Part shown: positions 9,582 through 17,539 of the stretch, one piece after another | Layout of the letters: each line of letters opens with the position of its first letter | Numbering within the stretch: position 1 is the first letter of the stretch | Origin: Candidatus Thorarchaeota archaeon | GTDB lineage: Archaea; Asgardarchaeota; Thorarchaeia; Thorarchaeales; Thorarchaeaceae | Direction: 5' to 3' | Assembly: GCA_008080745.1 (NCBI GenBank) | Contig: SHMX01000001.1 | Location: forward strand, 390,001 to 422,000 | DNA length: 32,000 bases | The notes under the pieces: model-generated | Seen by the model: the letters and a program-made list of their open reading frames with translations, nothing else | The model's database searches: none | What the model was told of the DNA's origin: nothing | Position numbers and translations under genes: made by a program

Positions 9582-9989
9582 TTGGTGAAACAATTGAGCA
9601 TCCGAAAAACCGATGCAAAGAGCTTGAAACCAGGTAGTTATTTCATAATTGATGAAGAGCCCTGTAAAGTTGTTTCCGTTGAGAAATCAAAACCGGGAAA
9701 ACACGGGTCAGCAAAAGCAAACATCATGGCAATTGGATTCTTTGATGGCAGAAAACGTAATGTCATCATGCCTGTAGACCGTATGGTCGATGTTCCAGTG
9801 ATTGATAAGCGAAGCGCTACCGTTATTGCTGATTTAGGTGACAACCTACAGTTGATGGATAGCGATACGTACGAAACCTACGAAGTACCACGACCAAAAG
9901 ATGAAGAAATGGCAGCCAAGATTGAATTGAATGTCGGCGTCGAGGTCTGGGACCTTATGGGCAGAAAAATAATTACCAGAGTAAAGTAA
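9582..9989 (+). CDS. eif5a: Translation factor aIF5A
   Basis: SKPGKHGSAK hypusination motif, LQLMDSDTYET. Confidence 0.97.
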   Translation: MVKQLSIRKTDAKSLKPGSYFIIDEEPCKVVSVEKSKPGKHGSAKANIMAIGFFDGRKRNVIMPVDRMVDVPVIDKRSATVIADLGDNLQLMDSDTYETYEVPRPKDEEMAAKIELNVGVEVWDLMGRKIITRVK

Positions 9990-9995
9990 GACTAG

Positions 9996-10017
9996 GCGCC
10001 AACTACCTTGTTGGCGC
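9996..10017 (+). terminator. GC-rich hairpin directly after the eif5a stop
   Basis: GCGCCAAC-tacctt-GTTGGCGC, no U-tract. Confidence 0.4.
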
Positions 10018-10086
10018 TCAGCGCATCCTATTCTAGACCAATGATTTATCACTAAAAGAGGATACGCCATATGTACAGGGTTAACG

Positions 10087-10533
10087 ATGGGCTCTACACA
10101 ACAACTGGATGCAAAAGATCGAAAAATAATTGCAATCCTTCAAGAAGACTCTAGACGATCATTGAGAGATATTGCTGCAGATAAAGAGGTCGATCTCAGC
10201 CCAAGCTCGGTACGAAATCGAATAGCACGATTGGAAGAAGATGGATTTATTCGGAAGTTTACTATCGATATCGATTACAGAAAAATGGGATATGAGATTC
10301 AGGTTGTAGCTCTTATAACATCAAAACCAGGGTCATCTGATAAGCTGTTTAAGAAACTTCAAGATTTCCATCAAATCGACAATGTATATTGTACTGCAGG
10401 TCCTGCAAACTTCATATGTCTGATTCGAGTAGAAGATATGGTGAATTTATCAGGCTTTATTACTACCAGACTTGAAGTTTTAGATGGCATAGAGAAGATT
10501 GAAACTCTTTTCATAATTCCGCGAGCTGAATAA
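10087..10533 (+). CDS. Lrp/AsnC transcriptional regulator
   Basis: LDAKDRKII..LQEDSR, SVRNRIARLEEDGFI, C-terminal RAM domain. Confidence 0.92.
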   Translation: MGSTQQLDAKDRKIIAILQEDSRRSLRDIAADKEVDLSPSSVRNRIARLEEDGFIRKFTIDIDYRKMGYEIQVVALITSKPGSSDKLFKKLQDFHQIDNVYCTAGPANFICLIRVEDMVNLSGFITTRLEVLDGIEKIETLFIIPRAE

Positions 10534-10548
10534 CGCGTTGTTTCCCTA

Positions 10549-11100
10549 CTACTTCAGGGGAATATAATCAACATGCAATTTTGGTAGTTGTTTTTTGAGG
10601 TATTGATATGCATGCAGAAATCGCGATGCCGCTTCTTCAATATATTTCTCAATTAGATGATACTCCTTACGAGCATACCAGATTGATACTTGATTATCTT
10701 GTAACTCACTCTTAACAAACCACTCAAGTGATGATCCCTTGAATTGACCCTGATTCATCATTACAATTGTGCTTTTCACATCAATTCTTGGCAAGTCATA
10801 ATATAACCATTCATCACTGAGGTCGAACTTTAGCAGCTTTCGCAATCGTGCCTGTAGAAAATATAATTCGAAACGAAGATTATAGCCAACAGGAATAAAG
10901 TCCCACGAGTTATCTGGATTTATTATGTCAATAAAATCCCTTAGCATCTCTTTCTCTGAAGATTCCCATTCCTTGAGAATTGTAAGAGGGCCCGTCGGCT
11001 TCCCTGTAGTAGTATCCAATTGCTGGTACTGAATTGTTATCAGCTTATTACGTTCTGGATTGACTCCAAGGGTTTCTATATCAAGATAATATTCGGTCAT
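10549..11100 (-). CDS. Stand-alone RNase H-fold/DnaQ-like 3'-5' exonuclease domain
   Basis: YYLDIET (ExoI), VGYNLRFE (ExoII-like), IDVK. Confidence 0.7.
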   Translation of the reverse strand: MTEYYLDIETLGVNPERNKLITIQYQQLDTTTGKPTGPLTILKEWESSEKEMLRDFIDIINPDNSWDFIPVGYNLRFELYFLQARLRKLLKFDLSDEWLYYDLPRIDVKSTIVMMNQGQFKGSSLEWFVKSELQDNQVSIWYARKEYHLIEKYIEEAASRFLHAYQYLKKQLPKLHVDYIPLK

Positions 11101-11302
11101 ATCTCTCCCGTGTTTGAAATACTAGTCTTACTTGTTGATTAGTTATTTGGTTTTCAAATAGAACAAAGTTTAATCAGAAATGGTTCCGAAAACCATAGCT
11201 GTTTTGAAGTCAAGTTACTCAAAACTACCTCGTATTTGCACCCTCTATTATGTATACATAGTTACGTATATATTGGATTTTACTATTTTTTTATTGATTA
11301 TA

Positions 11303-11629
11303 ATGTCAGTGCCCAGCTCAGAATTCGGATTTGAAAGGCATGGTCTTGAACAGGTGATGAGAGGGGTCATACAAGAGATGAAGAAAGGAACACCAATGAC
11401 CATAGCAAAACTATCCAGGGCGTTGGGGGTTGACAGACGTACCATCTCTACAGTTATCGATATGCTCCTAGATATTCAAAATACGTTAGTGGAGAAGCAG
11501 ATTGAAACTGAGAGAAGGGGACGTGCTTTTGTGATCAGCTTCAAGGAACGCACAAAAGATTTGCAAAAGAGGCTGAAATCATCACTGAAAGGGAAAGTTA
11601 AGCGTAGGCGTACAAAGAGGTCCACCTAG
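11303..11629 (+). CDS. Small winged-HTH DNA-binding protein
   Basis: MTIAKLSRALGVDRRTISTVIDML. The upstream part of the ORF track is AT-rich promoter sequence. Confidence 0.7.
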   Translation: MSVPSSEFGFERHGLEQVMRGVIQEMKKGTPMTIAKLSRALGVDRRTISTVIDMLLDIQNTLVEKQIETERRGRAFVISFKERTKDLQKRLKSSLKGKVKRRRTKRST

Positions 11630-11646
11630 GGGGGATAAGGTAGAGA

Positions 11647-12171
11647 GTGTCCAGACAAACCGGCATATTCCTTTTGATGTTATCAATTTCAACAAGTGCA
11701 ATCATCTTGCATTATCTAGGAATTGTTTTTGGGTTGAGTGTTTTTCCACACTTTTTGTTGATATTTTCAATCGGGTTAATTGGTGAACATTATGTTTCTG
11801 GGAAGGGTTATTATCACTACACCGAACCAAATGGTATTTTTATTGGGAGGGTACCAGCATGGATTCCGTTCATGTGGACATCAATGATACAAGGGAGTAT
11901 TCTGATTTTGATATATCTGGGCCTAGATCTTAATCTGGCAGTCCTTGGCTCAGGTCTAACCAATTCGTTTCTTGATCTAGCAATTATAGAACCGCTGCTC
12001 TGTAAGACCCGAGGGCTCTGGAGGTGGACTCCTGTAGAGAAGGGGTATTTCTCGTTCGTTCCACCCGATTTGAATCGATTCACAGCACCAATAGGAAATT
12101 ATGTAACATGGTTATTGTTTCCACTAATAGCTAACTCATTACTTCTCTATTTGCACACGCTCATGACGTAA
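11647..12171 (+). CDS. Membrane protein, CruF/carotenoid-hydratase-like (DUF422-like)
   Basis: GE...GYYHY...IGRVPAWIPFMW, LD..EP, GLWRW, APIGNYVTW, multiple TM segments. Confidence 0.65.
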   Translation: MSRQTGIFLLMLSISTSAIILHYLGIVFGLSVFPHFLLIFSIGLIGEHYVSGKGYYHYTEPNGIFIGRVPAWIPFMWTSMIQGSILILIYLGLDLNLAVLGSGLTNSFLDLAIIEPLLCKTRGLWRWTPVEKGYFSFVPPDLNRFTAPIGNYVTWLLFPLIANSLLLYLHTLMT

Positions 12172-12258
12172 TTTGGGTGGTGAATTCCATTTGATTCGGT
12201 TATACGAATAAAACCTCATAGATAATAGCATAGAAAGTATTTGAAATCGTGAGGTTTC

Positions 12259-13002
12259 ATGGTGGATGTCTTAAAAAAATACAAATTCTCAAGGTATTCC
12301 AGAGAGGGAATTCAGGAAGCTCCTGAAGAGATTCTAGTAGAATCAAGCCTTGAACTCTGGCTTGAAGATATGATGTTATCTAAATTTTCCTGTAGTCCCG
12401 GCCTCCAAGAACAACTGGCTATTGGGTACTTGATAACGAGTGGGTTGATAACAAGAATAGAGGATGTTGAACTGCTATCGATAGAATCTGGAAGCATAAT
12501 TGTATCATCGCAAAATAAGACAGAGTTAATCCGTAAGTTTCTTCATCTTCAAACCCAAAATACCCCTCTTTTGTATCCAATTGCAGATAGCAAAATCAAT
12601 GTTCATCTTAGCGATATTACTGAATCCTTGGCGCAACTACAGAAGCAACAGAGTCTTCACAAACGAACTGGAGGTGCCCACGGCGCTTTGTTATTCTCTC
12701 CAGAATCTGGAGAGAATTTGATTGTCGAAGACATTGGTCGTCTGAATTCGATGGATAAAATCATAGGATTAGCCCTGGGAAAAGAATGGAGTCTGACTCA
12801 TTCAGTAATCATAGTAACAGGTAGACTCACATCAGAGATGGTCATAAAGGCAGTAAATGCCAGAATTCCCATGCTTTGCTCATTAGCAATAGCTACAGAC
12901 AAAGGTATTGCTATTGCAGAAGAGAATAACCTAACCCTCGTTGGTTCGCTTAAACCGGTCTCGTTCTGGGTCTATAATCAGGGTGCTGTAAAGCTACAAT
13001 GA
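12259..13002 (+). CDS. fdhD: FdhD formate dehydrogenase accessory sulfurtransferase
   Basis: CSPG..EQLAIGYL..G, TGGAHGA, EDIGR.NSMDKIIG, TGRLTSEMV.KA. Confidence 0.92.
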   Translation: MVDVLKKYKFSRYSREGIQEAPEEILVESSLELWLEDMMLSKFSCSPGLQEQLAIGYLITSGLITRIEDVELLSIESGSIIVSSQNKTELIRKFLHLQTQNTPLLYPIADSKINVHLSDITESLAQLQKQQSLHKRTGGAHGALLFSPESGENLIVEDIGRLNSMDKIIGLALGKEWSLTHSVIIVTGRLTSEMVIKAVNARIPMLCSLAIATDKGIAIAEENNLTLVGSLKPVSFWVYNQGAVKLQ

Positions 13003-13017
13003 TTATAAGAGATGATT

Positions 13018-13135
13018 TGGTGCGGAGGGCGTGATTTGAACACGCGATTAGGCAAAAACGTGGCAGGCACGCTTTTTACTCCTACGAGATAGGGATCTGA
13101 ACCCTACGCCTTTGGCCTGGCTTGGCAACCTCCGC
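13018..13135 (-). tRNA. tRNA-Leu(CAG) with encoded CCA and a 30-nt intron (13048-13077) at the 3' base of the variable arm
   Basis: Acceptor GCGGAGG/CCTCCGC-A-CCA, D arm GCC/GGC, anticodon arm TAGGG-TTCAGAT-CCCTA, variable arm CTC-GTAG-GAG, T arm GCGTG-TTCAAAT-CACGC. Confidence 0.93.
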
Positions 13136-13238
13136 ATAAGAATACAATGTGTACGAGTATGAATCATTTCAGACTTGATAATGATATAATGCTTTTGTAA
13201 TTGCTGTCAAAAAAAATAGACTTGAAAAAGAGAGAGAT

Positions 13239-13265
13239 CAACACCAAATGAACGATTTGGTGTTG
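13239..13265 (-). terminator. Hairpin plus T-rich tract downstream of the PH-like gene
   Basis: Perfect 11-bp IR CAACACCAAAT/ATTTGGTGTTG, followed on the minus strand by TCTCTCTTTTT...TTTTTTT. Confidence 0.6.
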
Positions 13266-13329
13266 TTACCAAGTGTCATCAAGTGATGAAGATCTAGGGA
13301 TTCACAATAAAGGAAATCCTTGAGAGATA

Positions 13330-13692
13330 TCAGTTCTCGACGACTAATTCTTTAAGTTTAGATTCCCATTCATCAACGTTGCTGACACTGAATACATCCG
13401 ATTCATAATTACCGTTGACGGAATAACCAACAACCAGGGATTTTCTTAGCATTCCTTCAGTGTCAACTTTCTTAATTTGGCTTAATTCGACATCAAGATC
13501 AACTCTTGTATCTTTAAACAAGAAAAATAGGAAGGATGTATGCCGGCCAAAAAGCAGTCGTTGGTCAGTTAGTACAAGGGTGCCACCCTGTTTCGTCTGT
13601 CCACCGTGGAGAACATGTTTGGCCTTGTCTTCACGGATTATAGTTTCTTCGGGGTTCAATTTAGGAAATTCATCTTCAGGCATTTTATTCAA
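13330..13692 (-). CDS. Small PH-fold (GRAM/bPH-like) protein
   Basis: GGTLVLTDQRLLF, VELSQIKKV, terminal helix DEWESKL. ATG13683 is an alternative start. Confidence 0.7.
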   Translation of the reverse strand: MNKMPEDEFPKLNPEETIIREDKAKHVLHGGQTKQGGTLVLTDQRLLFGRHTSFLFFLFKDTRVDLDVELSQIKKVDTEGMLRKSLVVGYSVNGNYESDVFSVSNVDEWESKLKELVVEN

Positions 13693-13855
13693 TCCCTATC
13701 TAATAGAAAATGTTTCTATCATAATATAATCGAATAGTATATAGTATATAATGTTATACCATTCGGATGTAGTTTCTCTAAATAGTTCAGTAAATTTTCA
13801 AGCATATTTGATATTATTTCAACAAGTCTTAGTATCAGTTAGCAAGACATATAGA

Positions 13856-14233
13856 ATGAGAAAAGGATATAGATACTGCGATGCGAAACAGCAGAAACAA
13901 GCAGAACTTGGTGTTTTAACTTTGAGTTGGTCATCAATTGCACGAAAACTAAAACGAGCTAAAAAACTCGAGGAAGAAGAAGCCACAAGACACGCCAAGT
14001 TCAAAAATTTGACCGTCCTGTCTATGAGTTACACCCGAATTCTAAAGAAACTTCAAGACGAGAGAGAGGAAATTGCGAAATCACGAGAGAATGGAGAAAT
14101 AGAGTTCAAAGAATATTGGAGAAGGCGTATGGATCTTGAAAAGAAGATTCAGACGGTAATGAAAAACAGGGCAGAAATCTTCAAAAAAATGATGCTCCTC
14201 TTTCCGGAAAAAGTGAAACAAGAAGAAAAATGA
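13856..14233 (+). CDS. Basic coiled-coil hypothetical protein
   Basis: K/R/E-rich helical sequence. Start uncertain. Confidence 0.55.
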   Translation: MRKGYRYCDAKQQKQAELGVLTLSWSSIARKLKRAKKLEEEEATRHAKFKNLTVLSMSYTRILKKLQDEREEIAKSRENGEIEFKEYWRRRMDLEKKIQTVMKNRAEIFKKMMLLFPEKVKQEEK

Positions 14234-14368
14234 ACACAATTAAACCAGCGATTGTTTTTGAACAGAAGTTAAGATGTATAAGGGATTATTTCCATTATAG
14301 TTTGAGAGAAGGAATATACATAACTAGTTTAGTACTTTAAATTTCACTTCTTCATAGAGGAATCCTGT

Positions 14369-15118
14369 ATGTTTAGAATAATTAAAGCAGATGAGAGACA
14401 TTTTGCGGACTTTGGATGGCTTCGAACCTACTGGCTTTTTTCATTCTCTCATTATTACGATCCGGAAAATATTAGATTTGGTCCCTTACGAGTGTTTAAC
14501 GACGACTTAGTTGCACCAAAGACAGGGTTCCCAATGCATAGACATGAGAACATGGAAATTATCACAATTGTAGAAGAGGGTCAGATGACCCACCGGGATA
14601 GTCTAGGCAATGAATCAATCATAGGAGTCTGTGATGTACAACGAATGTCTGCAGGTACGGGAATAGAGCATTCGGAATTCAATCTTATAGACATTAATAC
14701 TAACTTCTATCAGATATGGATAGAACCGAATGAATTGAATATCGAACCAAACTATGCCCAGAGAACCTACATGCCAACTAAATGGAAGAATACACTCCTG
14801 CCAATTGCTTCAGGAAAGGAAATGAACAATGCAATCAAACTTCATGCAGATGCTACAATCTACAGGTCGACGCTAGAGCCGGGTGAAAAAGTAACTCTTG
14901 AGTTTGACAGCCCACGAAGAGTCTTTTTGTATGTAACTGCAGGGTACTTGGATATTGACGACCATACATTGGGTACAAAGGATCAGGCAAGATTTGAATG
15001 GGACAAGCCTATAGATATTCAGGCAAACTTCGATTCGAGTTTTATTCTCATAGAGTTACCTTCAGAAAAAGGCTTTGGATACTCTGAAAAGACCCTACTT
15101 GGAAAGTACAGTGAATGA
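14369..15118 (+). CDS. Pirin-family (YhhW-like) bicupin
   Basis: GWL.TY..FSF..YYDP, GFPMHRHENMEI, HRDSLGN, MSAGTGIEHSE. Confidence 0.93.
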   Translation: MFRIIKADERHFADFGWLRTYWLFSFSHYYDPENIRFGPLRVFNDDLVAPKTGFPMHRHENMEIITIVEEGQMTHRDSLGNESIIGVCDVQRMSAGTGIEHSEFNLIDINTNFYQIWIEPNELNIEPNYAQRTYMPTKWKNTLLPIASGKEMNNAIKLHADATIYRSTLEPGEKVTLEFDSPRRVFLYVTAGYLDIDDHTLGTKDQARFEWDKPIDIQANFDSSFILIELPSEKGFGYSEKTLLGKYSE

Positions 15119-15124
15119 TTCAAT

Positions 15125-15838
15125 TTACTTTCCGGGGGCCCCATATTTTAGTGAATATATACCAAATATCACCACTGCCAGAATCACTCCACCGAGAATT
15201 ATAACAGGCAGTGAATTATCACAGCAAGCACAAGGGATGGTTGTTGCGTGGTATGTCAATAGAGAACCGGAAGTATCGAATAGCAGGGTCCATCTCTGAC
15301 TCTCTGCAACCAAGTGAAATTTAAAACGCCAAATATATTCATCATCCAGATTGACGAGAGATCCTGGAAGAACAACTATTTCTTCACAGAGACCCCAATA
15401 GCGATCTTCATCAGCAAAGAAATCAATCGCCTCTTCAACTACAACTGTAAAATTTGAGGCAATGGTTGTATCAAGATGCCTAACCCATTTCAAAGTCTGA
15501 TTGTCAGAAGATAGCCCCACGATCGTTTGAAAGAACCCACTATTGTTCACTTGAACTACTGTAAAAGTGCTGACATCAGGTTCTTGAACAAATGTTGCAT
15601 TGTAATTTCCTAAAGGTTCCCAAAAGAATGTATTATTGGAGGAAAGCAGGTTACTAAGAGTGACCTCTGATGAAAAAGGAGGTGCCTGCATCGAGAGAAA
15701 CGAGAAATCTTCAGGCACCATCCTAATCTCTCTATAATTAACTATCACAGTGGGATAGGTGTCATACTGTGCACTAACAGGCGCAATAAGAAGAGCAGTA
15801 ATAGAAAGTATAACAAAAAACGGTATTATGCTTCTCAT
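15125..15838 (-). CDS. Secreted, C-terminally membrane-anchored protein with CACC motif
   Basis: Signal peptide ending PVSA, C-terminal TM plus basic tail, PCACCD before the TM. Confidence 0.75.
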   Translation of the reverse strand: MRSIIPFFVILSITALLIAPVSAQYDTYPTVIVNYREIRMVPEDFSFLSMQAPPFSSEVTLSNLLSSNNTFFWEPLGNYNATFVQEPDVSTFTVVQVNNSGFFQTIVGLSSDNQTLKWVRHLDTTIASNFTVVVEEAIDFFADEDRYWGLCEEIVVLPGSLVNLDDEYIWRFKFHLVAESQRWTLLFDTSGSLLTYHATTIPCACCDNSLPVIILGGVILAVVIFGIYSLKYGAPGK

Positions 15839-16022
15839 CTTTCTCGATTCTAGCTGGAACTCCTAGATTGATAAAATTGACCCTATGGATGATTTTGACT
15901 GTCTTCGCAGATTTAGAGCTAAGTAATGTCTTATAGCCAATTAGTAAGAAAATGATGAGTTACTAAATTAGTTCATTAGGTGTTTTGCACCAATCTTTTT
16001 TAGAAAATCATAGGTGATTACA

Positions 16023-16694
16023 ATGAATAAATCCGCAATAGCCTTTTTAGCGATTTCACTAATAATATGCTCAATTCCAGCTGTTCATGCAGAAAATATT
16101 CATGGTTGGGAGTGGGACGTATCAGTTGGAGATACACCAAAATATAGAATAATTATTGATGTTGATATTGATATGTACGACATTGACCGGAATGTCTACC
16201 TAAATATAACTGAACTATCCAATCTAACTACCACGAACCAAGTTTCTGATATCTCGGTATCTTACGAATTGCTGTATACAGATTATTCAAGTTTTGATGA
16301 TATGATGAACATACGTAGTTTGATTTTCTTTCCTGTTGCATTACCAATTGGAAATTGGGAAGTCATTATTGAGAATGCAGAAAACATGATTTCCACCATA
16401 CCATCTAGCATTGATGCTTGGAAACAAGATAATGGTACACATTTCAACATCGGTGTAGATTTGGAAGATGATATCGGGGTGAAATTCAATTCATCTTGGT
16501 ACAAAATTGATGGTTCACTCGCATTATACAATGTAAGCTATTCAGGAGTGGCAAATCAAATATCATTGATACGACAAGATCCACCAATTGCTCCAGGATT
16601 CGATGTTATGGAATTCGTTATGGAGAACCAGCTTCTTGTGATTGGCGGCATTGGAGCCATTGTGCTCATCGCCTTAATTGCAAAATTCCGCTAG
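16023..16694 (+). CDS. Secreted, C-terminally membrane-anchored surface protein
   Basis: AGGTGA RBS, signal peptide ending VHA, WDVSVGD, APGF linker, TM and KFR tail. Confidence 0.8.
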   Translation: MNKSAIAFLAISLIICSIPAVHAENIHGWEWDVSVGDTPKYRIIIDVDIDMYDIDRNVYLNITELSNLTTTNQVSDISVSYELLYTDYSSFDDMMNIRSLIFFPVALPIGNWEVIIENAENMISTIPSSIDAWKQDNGTHFNIGVDLEDDIGVKFNSSWYKIDGSLALYNVSYSGVANQISLIRQDPPIAPGFDVMEFVMENQLLVIGGIGAIVLIALIAKFR

Positions 16695-16698
16695 TAAA

Positions 16699-16719
16699 AT
16701 GGGTGATTTCATCGCCCAT
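16699..16719 (+). terminator. Hairpin after the surface-protein stop codon
   Basis: ATGGGTGAT-ttc-ATCGCCCAT (9 bp including one G-U). Confidence 0.5.
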
Positions 16720-17539
16720 ATACACTTTCTAATAATATTTCAAATTAGAGGTGCATGATAGAGATTACAAAATAAATACTCTCACTTAGAATGCTAAATT
16801 AGCTTAGAACGAAAATGGTATGAGGTGCCTTTTTCGACACCTCATGTTGTTAGAAACACTATAGCGGATTTACCAGGGGCCGTCTCCGCCAGAACTTGGG
16901 GTATAATTTGTCTTGGTCATATTTATTCACTGAATACTAGTTCTACTCCTCGTTCGAAAGTTCCGTTGACAAAAGAAAGCTAATCTGCTGGAAAAAAAGG
17001 CCAAATTATAACTAGATATAACTAGATCCCGACACGAAATTGTGGTAGTTTATTAGGCAAAAAGTGGGAATCAATGTAAAGAAGGATAGCATTAATCTGC
17101 GCAATTTCCTATCCACTTTTTTTATCCTCAAAAGGGAATGGGTATTTTCATTAAATCCGATGTGCTTCTTACTGGAAAAATATCGTATTCTTCTCTATGT
17201 CAAATTGTGTGATAATATTGTGAAAAAATTCGATTGTATATCGCTCCATGAACACCTGAGAGGTACAGATTTCTAATTTGTAGAGGAGCATATTTTGCAG
17301 TGCAGAATTTGTTGATATCAAAGTGAGAGTTAATTTCACTTTTTTCATTGATACTTGGATTGAAGAGATTGATCATCTTGAAAATTTGGTATGTAGCTCA
17401 ATTTATCGACAGAAATTCATATTCGGGAAAATGTCAAAATATTTATAAGTAATGTTTCATTCTCCCAAGATATTCTACAGGTTCATGATCGTTGGCTTCA
17501 ATTCGACGATTATGAGTGAGAATATGGAGTCACTTCAAA

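Noticed and set aside
2793-12171. Carotenoid biosynthesis cluster (CrtI-like plus CruF-like)
   Set aside because: The genes are over 7 kb apart, no phytoene synthase is present, and the FAD family has many non-carotenoid substrates
13092-13108. TCA in the anticodon loop suggesting tRNA-Sec
   Set aside because: Stem symmetry centres CAG. The TCA register breaks the stem, and the arms are typical of tRNA-Leu.
16864-16890. GCGGATTTA resembling a tRNA 5' end
   Set aside because: No D arm, anticodon arm or T arm follows
17064-17276. 70-aa ORF in the long intergenic region
   Set aside because: GTG start without RBS, AT-rich composition, no motif
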